From Girardia tigrina (Eukaryota), in assembly GCA_001938485.1 (NCBI GenBank), contig MQRK01227610.1, positions 1 to 51,361 on the forward strand: a DNA stretch of 51,361 nucleotides. The letters are read 5' to 3'. Positions 1 to 12,319 of the stretch are shown piece by piece. Position numbers and translations under genes: made by a program. The notes under the pieces were generated by a model that searched no databases, had not been told where the DNA came from, and worked only from the letters and a program-made list of their open reading frames with translations. Position 1 is the stretch's first letter. Each line of letters opens with the position of its first letter.

Positions 1-99
1 ATATTGAAAAATTGATTGATGGAATCTAGTGAAAGCCTTACTGTTGATCATCATAAAGATGATAAAAATTGTGAATATAATAAATGTTCTGACAAATGT

Positions 100-2080
100 G
101 TGAGTTCTCTTAACAGGGCTAATACTGGAGGTTGTGTTAATTGTTCTTTTAGTTCATAGAACATACTTTTCGATTCTTCTGTCCACATAAATTTGGAATC
201 ATTTTTTAACATCGAGCTTAAGGGACTGGACATTGTGGCGTAGTCTTTAATGAACCTTCGGTAATAGTTACAAAACNNNNNNNNNNNNNNNNNNNNNNNN
301 NNNNNNNNNNNNNNNNNNNNNNNNNNNNNNNNNNNNNNNNNNNNNNNNNNNNNNNNNNNNNNNNNNNNNNNNNNNNNNNNNNNNNNNNNNNNNNNNNNNN
401 NNNNNNNNNNNNNNNNNNNNNNNNNNNNNNNNNNNNNNNNNNNNNNNNNNNNNNNNNNATAGTACCATTTCCAGTCTATGGTTGTGTTCTTCTATCGTTT
501 TTCCGAAAATCAAAATGTCATCCAAGTATATTACGCAGTTGATCCAGTTCTCTTTTCTTAATATTAAATTCATCAATCCCACTACTACCGGAAAATTCCA
601 TGCGGACGTGCTTTGTCTTATAATTCCCTTTTTTTCCATATCTTCGATCATTATTTGTACCTCCTGTTCTAGTCCCACGGGTATTCTTCTGGGTTTGAAG
701 TTAATCGGTTTNNNNNNNNNNNNNNNNNNNNNNNNNNNNNNNNNNNNNNNNNNNNNNNNNNNNNNNCAATCGGTATGTACTAAATATCTCTTTATTAGCC
801 CGTATAATTTCCATTAGATTCTTCTTTGCATCCTTGTTTTCTTCATTCATGTTATCCTCAATGCTTTTCAGAATTTCTTCTATTGGGGTTTCCTCTTTCT
901 TCTGGTTCTCCTTTGATAAGCTATAGATTGATCTTTTTTTCTGCCATTTGTTCGTCCTCCTGATATACCTCTGCATACCCCAACGTCATCCCCGTTCGAA
1001 TCTGTATATTTTCTCCTTCAATGTTAGTCAATCTGACCCATACATCTCCATCGTCGCATTTGATAAGACTATCCATTGCCATCAGTCCCTTTTCACTGAG
1101 CTTCTCTTTTTCTCCCGTAAAAATAAACTCTCTATTTTCATCTCTTTTCTTCTCATTGTGATTGTGTCTACTAGCATAGCCTTGATAAAATATTCAGCAG
1201 CACCCCACGTATTAATATTCTCTGATACGATAATTCTGTATAATTCAGTATTCTGAGTCTCTATCTGGCTGTATCCCGAATTCCGACTCCTCAACGCGGA
1301 CCCACTTAGTTTAAAGACTCTGCGGTGATCGTCTTCGAGATAAATGGTATCTTCATATTCTGTATTTCAATACAGTCCTCTCCTGCATTTACCTTTATCT
1401 CATATTTCTTCATACTTCTCAATCCGATGAAAATGTGAGGAAATAACTTTGGCATAATATCAAAAACATGAGCTATAATATGTGGTCCGATTGCCACATT
1501 TAGTTGAAATTTTCCAATGCACTCTTCCGTAGTACCATTTGCGCATGTGATTTTCGTTCTTGAGTCGTAAAATTTTACTACTGGATTCCGTTCTCGTATC
1601 TTATCAACTAACTCCTGGCTAATGACATTAAGATCAGCATCTGTGTCAAACATAACCTTCACTGGCATATTCGCTGTATTGCACCGCACGATTGGTTTGT
1701 TTCTAGCTTTCTCTGGTCTAGATTCCGATATTAATGTCGGTTCGTATTTATATAAATTTTTTCTCGGACGTGCTCCGTGGTTGTTAATGTAATTGCTATA
1801 TGCTTCCTCCAACGTTGGTTTTTTGTTGAAAATCATCTTCGATTTTTCTTTACTACATCCCGATCCATGAATCATATTAATCTGTTTGTCCTCTGATGCG
1901 ACATTTTCCGTCTCCGGTGACCCATCGCTCAAAATCTCTTCTTTTTATTCTTGGAAATATCTTAATCGTTTGATGCTACAGTCTCGAAGAACGTGATTTG
2001 TCGATCCGCACCCATAGCATTTACGTTCCTTGCAGAATTTAGCGATATATCCTATCTTCTTGTAGTTAAAACACGTTCTC
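100..2080 (-). mobile_element. Decayed Ty3/Gypsy LTR retrotransposon internal region (gag zinc knuckles, protease, RT)
   Basis: Minus strand reads CYGCGSTNHVLRDC (CCHC knuckle, ~1980-2025), protease-like VMFDTDADLNVISQ (ORF 1306-1932), RT YLDDILIFGKT (ORF 268-678) and YYRRFIKDYATMSSPL...FMWTEES...LTQPPVLAL (RT thumb/connection). It contains stops and frameshifts; ends are approximate. Confidence 0.92.
1270..1315 (-). promoter_or_regulatory. Putative -1 ribosomal frameshift signal (T TTA AAC) at the end of the gag-protease frame
   Basis: Minus strand TCT TTA AAC TAA; the heptamer TTTAAAC (1315-1309) lies immediately before the stop. The -1 frame continues into ORF 1082-1294, and a GC-rich stretch follows. 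Confidence 0.6.
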
Positions 2081-2584
2081 TTCTCCTCTGAATATAACAT
2101 CAGAAATCACCGAGAAGAACCAGAGTAATCCAACACCCAGAGAGACGACAACTTGGTAAGAAAGGAAGATGAAGAGCCGACAACAATCCAATCGAGCCCT
2201 CAGTTTCTGGACGCAACTGTGGGTATGCCAGGGACCCAGAACGAACAAGACGCTGGAGAAACACACAGAGACTACCGATTACATGACATGAAGGTAAAAT
2301 GAAAATTTCAGTGTCCATTTCGCGGTTGTTACGTGTCCACCGTAACAGCTAAAGGCATGTATGGTCATGGTACCAAGTTCCATGGTTAGTCATTCGTCAC
2401 TGGAAAGCCGACTGCTCAGAGGCGGAAAGCCACTGACCTTGTAGGAGGCCTGTCGGGGGGCCCTTAAGGACTTTAGTTGGGGTGGACGCTCTAAAGAGCC
2501 TTAGGCTCAATACCATTGAAAGAGATGGAAGGCCTACTTCGGAGAGACAAATCGTCATCGCAAAACCCGGGTTAGTGAGTAACT

Positions 2585-2990
2585 GGCAAATGAGTCGATT
2601 GAGTAAGGTTCTTGAGCATTGGTTATGTTGTAAGGATAGAACCTCATTCATTTCAAAAGATGAGTTTTCTGTTCTACAAAAGGGATTTGAATCTAATAAT
2701 AAGACACTACAACCCATCAATTAACATTCAGACTGGGCAAAGTAAAGCCATTTCAATACTTAAAATTTTTAAATAAAATATTATTTTGCCATTATTATCC
2801 AATAATATTTTAATAAATTATAATATTAATAATAATTTTTACCATTTATTATTAATAAAATTTTAAAATCATATTATTTGATAAAAACAAAAATTAAAAT
2901 ATTCAAATATACAAATATTAAAATTTTCAAATATTGCTGATGATGATGTATGAAACATCGAAACATGTTCAATAATTATATAAAATAAGC
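2585..2990 (+). mobile_element. Penelope-like retroelement 3' end (GIY-YIG endonuclease C-terminus plus 3' UTR/pLTR)
   Basis: SKVLEHWLCCKDRTSFISKDEFSVLQKG followed, after a frameshift, by PSINIQTGQSKAISILKIFK* resembles the PLE endonuclease tail pattern (S.V.EH...C...F.IL...PSLN.Q...LKLF). A hammerhead ribozyme lies downstream. Confidence 0.7.
2932..2974 (+). ncRNA. Minimal type I hammerhead ribozyme
   Basis: tattg-CTGATGA-t-gatgt-atgaa-acatc-GAAA-catg-TT-caata. Stem I tattg/caata and stem II gatgt/acatc pair perfectly, the core boxes are intact, and stem III is minimal and palindromic (ACATGT). Cleavage is predicted after 2969 (GUU). Confidence 0.85.
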
Positions 2991-3440
2991 TTTAATCAAA
3001 TATATTTTCAAAATATTAAAATTGCGCCTACAACACTCTATATATATGTATGTACATAATACCAAATTTTTGTAATTGACGAATTCACGAATTAGGTAAC
3101 CGATGCAAAATTCACGAATTCGTCAATTTTTTTAAAATATTTTTTAATTCCATTATGAAATTAATATGAAAAATAATAAATACACTTTAAATACACTCGG
3201 ATAAGATACTGCATATAATATTACATTTTTTTATTTTTTGAAAATTAAAATTTTTTAATCTGTTATAGTTATTTTTAAATGCAAATAAAGTTTTCAAAAT
3301 TATTAAAAAATATTAAAAGAAAAATAAATTAGAAAAAAATAATGGTAAGAAAATGATTATGAAAAATATTTTTTCCTTGTTTGGGGACAATATGGAAGTT
3401 TTTTCTATCAGAGTAACTAATAACATAACATTTCGACTAG

Positions 3441-3574
3441 GAACGGTAAATATTCTTATTGCTATATATAAAGAAAACGGCGTAAAAGGATTATTTCAAG
3501 GAAATTTTGTTCAACTTGTTCGTGTTTTTCCATATTCCGCTGTACAATTCTTGACTTTCAGCATGTATGGTGAT
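3441..3574 (+). CDS. SLC25A16: SLC25A16-like mitochondrial carrier, first visible exon (internal; upstream exon outside the window)
   Basis: AG acceptor at 3439-3440 and GT donor at 3575. GTVNILIAIYKENGVKGLFQGNFVQLVRVFPYSAVQFLTFSMYGD matches carrier repeat 1 (recalled human GVFSALRAVPQKEGFLGLYKGNGAMMIRIFPYGAIQF). Confidence 0.9.
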
Positions 3575-3622
3575 GTAAATGTTGCTTTTTTGTCTGTATT
3601 CATGGTTAATGTTTGCAAGTAG

Positions 3623-3689
3623 GCATGCAAGACTGTTGGGTTTAGTACGACGGTTGGCGTTGAAAAGTTTGTCAGTGGAGCTTTGGCTG
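3623..3689 (+). CDS. SLC25A16: SLC25A16-like carrier exon
   Basis: Follows a 48-nt GT-AG intron (3575-3622); encodes ACKTVGFSTTVGVEKFVSGALA(G); donor gtatgt at 3690. Confidence 0.88.
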
Positions 3690-4663
3690 GTATGTGTGAT
3701 GGTGCTTTATAAAACTGCTTTTGTTATGTTTTATTAGATCTTCGGCAGATCAGTATATCAATTCAGTTATTGTATTATCACAATATTTCTTTAAAAGCTG
3801 TTAAATTATTCTAAATCTAATTTCCTAATGGGGCCGAAACTATTTCCTCTAGAAAAAATGAATTTTTGATATTAATTCTGGTTTATTATATCTAAATAAC
3901 TTGTTCTACATTAAAAAATATTTTTTTGTTTCATACGGTCTTTCAAACTTATGACTCATATACAAAGACTATTGCACCTAATGCCGCCTGTTGCTGAGTC
4001 GTCAAATTGATGTAAAAAAATATTTGAGCAGTGTTCTTTTAAAAGGACGGTGGCCCCATTCGGGTTAAATCAGAATGAATATTTGAAATCTTTTCTTAAA
4101 ACATTAATTGACCATGTATTGTCAGAAAATTTTTTATTATATAGCCTTTTAAAAAGAATTACAGTATAACATAGGTAAAGCAGCACTCTCGATTTGATGA
4201 CACTTTCATCTGTCCCAAAAAATGCCTAATTTAATAACTAATAACTACCTTTAATGTAACTACATTAAAATTATAATTTGTACCTCGATATAAAGATGTC
4301 ATAAAATCTTGTAGATAATTAATATTTTAGTTTAATATATTTATTTTTAAATTTATAATTAATCAAATGATTAGGAACTTTTTTCAATTTGTGAAGAACT
4401 TAAATATGTGAATTAAATTGAAATCAATGACTTTCGACATAGATATGCATTTATCAACAAAATGCGCTTTATTGATGGATAGTTTTATTAGATGAGGATA
4501 TGAGTGAAATGTTTAAAAATCATAAAAATCACTCTGAATTTTCTCTAGTTTCCAATAACGAGACAATTAATTCATTAGAAGTTTTGTATCATTATTGTGA
4601 ATAAATGAGAATGGCTCTGAATTCTTGTGAGTTTATGAAAATTTTGATTATAAATTTAAACTA

Positions 4664-5065
4664 TGCGAGGAATGTTTTCAATTGTGTGTTGATATTGTGC
4701 ATGTTGTATGCTGATTCGGATTGTGCCTCTCCTACGCAGATGGATGATTGATATTTTCTTTGATTCCTACTAATTAAAAATAATTTAATTTAATTTTAAA
4801 TTAAAAAGATTAAAATAATTTTTGAAATGAAATTTAATTTTTAATGTAATTTAAAATTTTAATATATTAATGTAATATGTACTTTTTTTAAAAATGTTTA
4901 GATTTAATTTTAACCAATTAGATTCTTTATAATTAATAAATTTTATTAAAAGATTTTCACTTCTTAGTATGAATTCAGAAATATATTGATCAAGAATAAT
5001 GTTAAATAGTGAAGGCGTTTGTGATAATAATAAATGTTGTAAAACTCATATTGATGTTGTTAATA
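4664..5065 (+). mobile_element. Solo LTR (TGTGAGG-type family), TG...TA termini, 5-bp TSD AACTA
   Basis: Starts tgcgaggaatg, carries the family motif ctcctac.cagatgg, ends gatgttgttaata; aacta at 4659-4663 and 5066-5070. Confidence 0.8.
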
Positions 5066-5679
5066 AACTAGTTAATAAGAAAAAATTTATTTATGAACAA
5101 TGCTTTATGTGAATAAAAGTCTCTCAAAAATCGATTAACAAATTCGCAATTTTCAACAATTTAATCAATTCAGAGTCGATATTTCGGGTTCACAACTCGA
5201 ACCAGTTGTCCAATCGCGCCGTTTGGGGTGTCGAAATAATCGGCAAATAAAGGAGAGCATTATATATGTTTATATACTATGAGATCACAGTAAAATCTCG
5301 AGCGATTCGGTCCGATTCGAAAATGTTTGATTGAATAATTAGGTTATCTATTGGTGAAATTTCATCACAGATTCGCCTCTTCGAAATTCAAGGAATGATT
5401 AAGTACAGCATTCGGGGAACTTCCTTTCCGAGATAGAAAGCAAGTTAATTTTATCCTAGCTCTAACTAGTTGTTCGAACTTCCATCAGAATTTATGATAA
5501 TTATAAAACAATTTGTAGAAGAATCTTTTTTTATTATCTGATTCCAGATATTGAGAATGATACCGAATTTTAATTTTTGCAAAAGCCAGTGTAGGAAATT
5601 AGAAAAAATTAAAAAAATTTCCCTTGATCTAATATCTCTTCCGGTCTTTCATCATATGTATACACAATTAAGAGTTCTT

Positions 5680-6876
5680 CATTGGCAGGATTTGATCAAG
5701 ATTTGTGAGCAATGGAATCCTCTTTGGTCGATAGGAGAGTCGTCCTGTATGCTGCAAATGCTCTCGAATTCGACGTGCTGATACATTAAATGCAGGTTCA
5801 ACAATTGTTTCTTTCATTTCCACTGATGTAATTTTCGGATTCATCTTACTGAGTATGATGATGCGATTTGAAAGTCGCTCTACAATGAACTTCTTTCTAC
5901 CACACCGACATTTCTTCTGATTTCCAATGCTCCCAGTCTGTTGATGTTGTTTTAGTAGTGTGAGGAATATTTTAAATTTTGTATGTTGAAATTGGTTTGT
6001 TGAATTTTGTATGTTGAGTTTAGTATTTGGAAATGTGTTTCTCCCACCCAGATGGAAAATTGATATTTTGGATGATCACGATAGATAATTATTCGAACAT
6101 AATTTACATTTTAAAGTACAGCATAAGATATTTAAAAACATTAAAAATATTAAATCTTTTCAAATTTTCATATTAAAATTTAAATAAAATAAATNNNNNN
6201 NNNNNNNNNNNNNNNNNNNNNNNNNNNNNNNNNNNNNNNNNNNNNNNNNNNNNATAAAATTAATATGTAAATAAAATTGATACTAAAATTACCAAATTTA
6301 AACTGTAAAAATAAAATCTGAAAATAATGAAAAATTTGTTCGAATAATTGTTTATTAACAAACATTAACAAATTATCAATTTAGAACGATGTCGAATGAA
6401 GAGAGTTTTGCTGAGAGTTATCCAAAAGACAATTCTGATTGTATTGAAAATAAAAGTTTGAAAACCAATGTTGGTGTTCTTAACAAGCAGGCGGGACACT
6501 GAAGATTTGGAGCAACCCACATTTGCAGCAATTTCAACATGTGTTTGGGATGTGTGGGTACCCGAAGTCGCTATCTGCGTAAGCTGTTTAGCAGTCAAGT
6601 CCATAATAATAGCAATTAGAATTCTTAGAAAAAACTAGAATTATGTCATTTTGCACCCTTTTCAATTGAATTGTTTAATTACTGTATACTAAGATTAGAC
6701 ACATTGACTTAATCATTTTTACAACACATTGACCAAGAAAATGTTATAATATATAGATTTTCAGGATTATGTAATTAAAACCACCCCCATTGTATAAGTA
6801 TGATACCAAATATACGAATAATGTCTAATTTATATTGCGTATGTTTGATTAGTCCGGATATTGCTTGAACGCACTG
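5680..6876 (-). mobile_element. Tc1-family transposon 5' half (HTH region), interrupted by a solo LTR
   Basis: TA-CAGTGCG terminus at 6876. MDLTAKQ...IAANVGCSKSSVSRLL (6604-6486) resumes across the LTR as KQHQQTGSIGNQKKCRCGRKK...MNPKITS...VSARRIREHLQHTGRLSYRPKRIPLL. Confidence 0.8.
5959..6485 (+). mobile_element. Solo LTR, TG...CA termini, near-perfect TSD agtag/agcag
   Basis: tgtgaggaatatttt...gtgttcttaaca. The first ~110 bp are nearly identical to 46149-46260. Removing it restores the Tc1 reading frame. Confidence 0.85.
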
Positions 6877-7348
6877 TATATTTAATATGTTTTGTACGAT
6901 AAACTTAACTGGAACCACATTCGATTGAGCTTTTATATTTAGTTTGTGGAGGTTTTATCTGGTTTTACAATATTATGAAATGATTTTGAAATTAATAAGA
7001 AATTATTATCATTTTAATTTTTTATTTAATTTTATAATAAAAATTTAATTTAATTTTATAATAAAATTATATCAAACTACTATGTGAAATAGGATCAAAT
7101 AAAAATAATATCAGAAACGTGAGATTGAGAGGAAGTCTATAAGGGTATTTAGTTGTATATTCTTTTCAAAAGACGATGGGACCAAAGTCGTAATGGATTT
7201 TGTTATGGTTTATGTTCACCAGTCATATTGTAGAAATGATTTTTGGTAATTACAATTTATAATGTAATTAGAATCTTAAAATTTTTAATATCATAATAAA
7301 CGAAAATGAAATTTATTTTTAATAATATTAGATTGGTGTATATTTCAG

Positions 7349-7651
7349 GAATGACTGCATGTACTGTAACATATCCTCTTGATTTAATTAAAGCAAGAAT
7401 ATCCTTTCAAGATAAATATTCACACATAGACATGTGTACTGTCAAAGAGAATACATTTACAAATTCATCATTTTTTGGTCCCAACTTTGAAATTGAAGCC
7501 AACAAAGCAACTGCAAACGTTTTTAAACATGAACATTATCATTATCGTGGAATATTCCATGCTTTTATTACAATTATTAAACATGAAAATGGAATAATGG
7601 GTCTATATAAAGGGTTTATTCCTACAATTATCGGAATGGCACCATATGCAG
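7349..7651 (+). CDS. SLC25A16: SLC25A16-like carrier exon
   Basis: tttcag acceptor; (G)MTACTVTYPLDLIKARISFQ...YRGIFHAFITIIKHENGIMGLYKGFIPTIIGMAPYA(G) contains the PX[DE]XX[KR] signature; GT donor at 7652; phase-compatible with both neighbours. Confidence 0.93.
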
Positions 7652-7692
7652 GTTTATATTCTTATTATAGTACTTTTTTACGTATCAAATAT

Positions 7693-7694
<2 letters not shown>

Positions 7695-7732
<38 letters not shown>
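7695..7732. repeat. (TA)n microsatellite
   Basis: Seen directly; other (TA)n tracts at ~18940-18978, 22073-22085, 22468-22508, 42747-42865 and 50498-50533. Confidence 0.95.
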
Positions 7733-7736
<4 letters not shown>

Positions 7737-9149
7737 CGACAACAGCGATCATAAGAAGTTTAGAAAATAGTCAGTCTAGTTTGGTATAACTTGCATTTGA
7801 TCCGATATTCCTGACTGTACGATCCCAATATTCCCTAAAAGAATATGATAACGATGATTATTATTCTGAAATATTTTAAACATATTTAAAACAAATTGTA
7901 AATAATACTAAATTCTAGATAATATGAGACATAAAATACAAACTCAAAGTGAATTATCATTTTTAGAAATGATCTTTGAACTTTGTATATCAATTGTGTT
8001 CAGGTTGTAATTATGATCAGTTTTCAATTAATTTACTTAGTCTTTCCTTAATGGAGTTGAATTAAATTAAATATTTAATGTCATTGTGTGAATTATTATG
8101 TGATACCTGGAAAGTCAGCACTACAGGGGGTGTACAAGCCTATTTTTGGAAGTGTACGAGACTTTTGGTGGTTACACAAAATATCATTTTTGACAATATA
8201 TATAAGTATTTTCTATATTTATTCTTTATAATAAAGTTTTACTGTTTAACTGTAATATAGACAGATCTTTAAAAAATTAGTGATGCACGAGATAAAAACT
8301 ACTAACAAAGGACTGTACAATAACAAAAAGGTTAAGAATTACTGGTGTAAATGATAATATTTTCATTATATAAAGAAATATTTAATGTCAAATATTAGGA
8401 TATAATATAAAGTTTATATAGTTTCTAAGGAAAGAGCAACATGAAAAATGAGTTTCAAACATCGAATCATGCAATCAAATTGTAAACAACACATTACCTA
8501 GTAAATAATGGAATAATCGTATTAGGATATGAAAATGAAAGCATTATTGAGTGGTTGTGGTCGAGATATTTAGTTGATGGAATCTAATCATACTGGGTTA
8601 ATCAATTAATTAATTCTTTTGTATAATAAAATGTTAATTTAGCTTTAAGTTATTTGAAATCTAAATTTAAGGAGTTAAAAAATATTTTGTGATCGCGATG
8701 AGTTCTGAAAAGGAATTCATTGTTGTTATTGTAAAAAAAATAATTGTTTGTTAATTTGAAATTTGAAATTGTGTTTCAATATAACGGAAACTCTGCACGC
8801 TGATTTGAATTGAATTAAAAAGATTGACGTTTTAAAAATGTTGATTGTAAAAAAAGAAAGTTATTTTTGAAAATAAAGCAAATATTGATCTTTTTATATT
8901 ATCAATTAAATATTTATCCAACATCATGAAATTAAATCTTGAACATAGAATACCAGACCCATATTGCAATTTGCGAATTTAACCCTTAAGTACTTTCTTA
9001 GTATCTATAAGTAGTTTAGCTCATTTTTCATTTCACTGTCAGTCGCGCAGTTGCTAGTAACGCAGAACGGCCCAGTGGCAGTGAAATTTTAGTATGTTTA
9101 GTTTGTGCATTTCTTCAATAAAATTTGTTCGTTTGGTTTTTTTTACTGC

Positions 9150-10278
9150 CCCCGAAGTTGACCGAGACTTAAACAAGAATTGCTAAACAACAAAGAACGT
9201 CATTTCTGGCTCTAGCCTCAAGCGAAAGAGCTTGCGAACAGTAAAATGAGAGCTAGCGAGTTGAAGGTACACAAACGGTCGGAAAAAGTACGGCAATTGA
9301 TTGGTTCAAGCGTTTCAATTGAGGTAACTTTGACTTGAATGACAGTCCTCGTTCTGGACGACCAGCAAAATTTGATAACGATGACTTACAAGCAGAGTTG
9401 GACGTGAAGCCTTCGTCAAGCACTCGGGATTTGGCATTTAAGGTTGGAGTTGGCAAGTCAACCATACATTGGCATTTGAAGCAGGTCGACTTTTCGCACA
9501 AGAAACCGCGTTAAGATCCACACGAACTCACCAAAGCACACGCCGATAAAAGAGTCCAAATTTGCCGACAACTGCTACAAAATCCACAATATGACCGCTT
9601 TTGGAAACGAATTGTGACGTCGGACGAGAAGTGGGTCTACTTGGTCAACCACAACCGAGACAATCGATGGGTTCCACCGGGTCAGCAACGCCGTCAGTTC
9701 CAAAACAAGATCGATTTGGCATGAAAATCATATTGTGCATCTGGTGGAACTTTGAGGGAGTCGTGCACTTTGAGTTGGTTCAGAACGGCCAGGCCATCAA
9801 TGCAGAGCTCTATTGTCAACAGCTGGACTGTGTCTACGAGAAGCTCAAGGAGAAGTGCCCTCCCTTAATCAACCGAAAACGTGCACTGCTTCAGCAAGAC
9901 AATGCCAAGCTGCATATCGTCAAGAAGACCACGGGCAGGTTCCAAGAGTTTGATGGAGTCGTAATCCTGCCGCATCCTGCTTACAGCCCTGACTGCGCTC
10001 CATCCGACTATGGCCTCTTCCGATCCATGCGACATTTATTGAAAGGCCGCCGATTCGAAGCATTCGATGAAGTTGAAGAAGCATACCAAGAGTTCTTCAA
10101 TTCGAAGCAGCAGGAATGGTGCTTTGACCAGATCCGAAAGCTTGCAGACCGTTGGCAGAAAGTAGTCGAAAACGATGGACTGTACTTTGAAGATTAATTG
10201 TTATTTATTTAAAATAAATTCTTGCACAAAAAATTGTATTTTTCATTATTGACCGGGAACTTTTAGGAGAACCTAATA
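9150..10278 (+). mobile_element. mariner (DD34D) transposon, decayed, right TIR present
   Basis: WFKRF..GNFDLNDSPRSGRP (HTH), IVTSDEKWVY, QQDNAK and HPAYSPDCAPSDYGLF (ORF 9601-10197); terminus ...aggagaacctaa-TA at 10276-10278; contains stops and frameshifts; left TIR not seen. Confidence 0.93.
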
Positions 10279-10279
10279 T

Positions 10280-11425
10280 ACTGGAAATAATTGACCAGAT
10301 TAGTAGATATTTTAGCCTGAATACAGCTGCTAGTCAAGATGAAAAAAAACAGTTAGAAAATTGTTATTGGATAGATGGATATGGAAATTCGGACACCGAA
10401 TGAAATCCATGTAGACAGTAAAAACATTTGAATCGGCTTTGTTCAAGGACACAGTGAAAAAGTTCAAAGTCATCATCATATCAGAACGAGTTCATATCAT
10501 AATAATACAAATGGAATCATGTAAATACCGTTTCGCACGATCAGAGATGCTTTAAATATTAGAATGAAGGATGGAGATCACAAAGATTAGACAAAAGTTT
10601 TATCAGAAATCGAATTTATGTTAAAAGCTATTACATTTATGATGATTACCTATGAACCCTATCACACCACAGTTCCAAACATGGATAAATTAACTGAATT
10701 GTATTGATATGTACAAGCTACTATAGGCTTATCACCAGTTGAGAGAAAAGTGAGACATTGGTAGAAAAATAATCACGAAGATAACACAAATTTGAAAGAT
10801 GTTGAACAAAAAATAGAGACAAGAAGAATTTTTGAAGTTAGAGACAGAGTATTGATTAAGAAGGAAAATGTCTCTAAAGAAGATGACCGTTACATGGGTC
10901 CCGCACATTAGTGAAAAGAAATCATGAAAAAAGTTACGAGTTACAGTTTAAAGATGGAAGAATGTTTATAAGAAATTTTGAATAGCTAAAGCCATTTAAA
11001 TCGAGGGGGATGTGAGGAGTATTTAGAATGTTTGATGTTTCGTGTTTAAATGTTGTATGTTGATTTGGAATTGTGTCTCCTACCTAGATGGCTGATTAAT
11101 ATTTTAATTCTTGTTATCTGAAAATATGTAATGTTAAAATTTATTTCTAATTTAAAATGATTGTTCAATTTTAAATAAGTTAATTAATTTTATTTACTAT
11201 TTTTGAATAAATAAATTGAATTATTTTTAAATAATTAATATTCATTTTAATTTTTAACCAATAAGATTTGTAATAAATATTTTAACGGACTCAGATAATT
11301 AAATCAAAGTCATTAATCAATTAGGATACAATCGTACGAAAACTTTAACAAAGATTGTCCTGAGGACAATCAAACTTGTAATACTAATAAAAATATTGCA
11401 AGTCACATTGGTGTTCTTATTAATA
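10280..11425 (+). mobile_element. Gypsy 3' fragment: decayed integrase, polypurine tract and 3' LTR
   Basis: Integrase remnants IIDQISRY, EIHVD, FRTIRDAL and FEVRDRVLIK...RYMGP; PPT gaggggga at 11003-11010 directly precedes the LTR start tgtgagg at 11011; LTR is homologous to 39091-39490. Confidence 0.8.
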
Positions 11426-11649
11426 TAAAACTTCTGAGATTGTCTTAATCAATGTAATATATTTATTACGCAGAAAAATTAATTTTTGCGTTGTAAATAA
11501 ACATTTATCTGAATTATGCTTTTAATAGTCAAAATATGCTTACAATTAATATTACTTTTTAAGGTTATATTCGTAAATAATTTTTGAAGTGTCAATTGTA
11601 CAATTTACCGATATTATATATTATACATTACGATCGAATTATGATACGC

Positions 11650-12110
11650 TGCTGGTGCAATATGGTATTGGGCAACATAGCAGTCCACCAATTTATTCAG
11701 CAAAAATAATCACTGAATATCCGAGTAGATCCTGGTTTTGATCGTGGTTTTTGTCACTTGTTTGGGACTCGAGTTGAGTTGAGACACTGTAAAATTGTTT
11801 CGATTAATTAATCAAGTCTATATTTCATAAATTTGATACAATATTTGAATATATTTCAGTATTGCGTAATTATTTATTGTTATTCAATAAAGGAACTAAG
11901 TGTAATATTGTGACAGTCATTAGTACTGTTGATGATGGGTTCTGTTTAATTTCACGAGTTAAGGTTCTGATATCTGTGTCATTTGTTTGGCACATACGCT
12001 AACATTTCCCAATTCTCGGTGATGCCATACCATCCACATTTTGTAATTTCCCTATTCTGCTGACACTAGCAATTGAAACATCACTTCCTTTTTTACACAA
12101 ACCATTATAA
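11650..12110 (-). mobile_element. Decayed Tc1-like transposase N-terminal fragment
   Basis: Minus strand DVSIASVSRIGK...GKC*RMCQTNDTDIRTLTREIKQNP resembles the Tc1 paired HTH/GRPR region. Confidence 0.5.
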
Positions 12111-12319
12111 ATTAATATAATATAAGTATAGATATGGTTATTTCATTTATTAAGAATTTAAATTTATACTTTTTTTTGTTAAAATTATAAAGTTATTAAA
12201 ATTTGTCACAAAGTTTTTGTTGCAGCCTTTATTAAATTTTCATAAATTTAATCGTTTCTCAATTATATTTCCCTATTCTATAACACAACATTTTCATTTC
12301 GTTTTCATAATCATTTAAA

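Noticed and set aside
3353-3440. ATG-started N-terminus of the carrier as given in the ORF track
   Set aside because: It lacks the first transmembrane helix and PX[DE]XX[KR] motif; similarity starts only after the AG at 3440, so this stretch is intronic.
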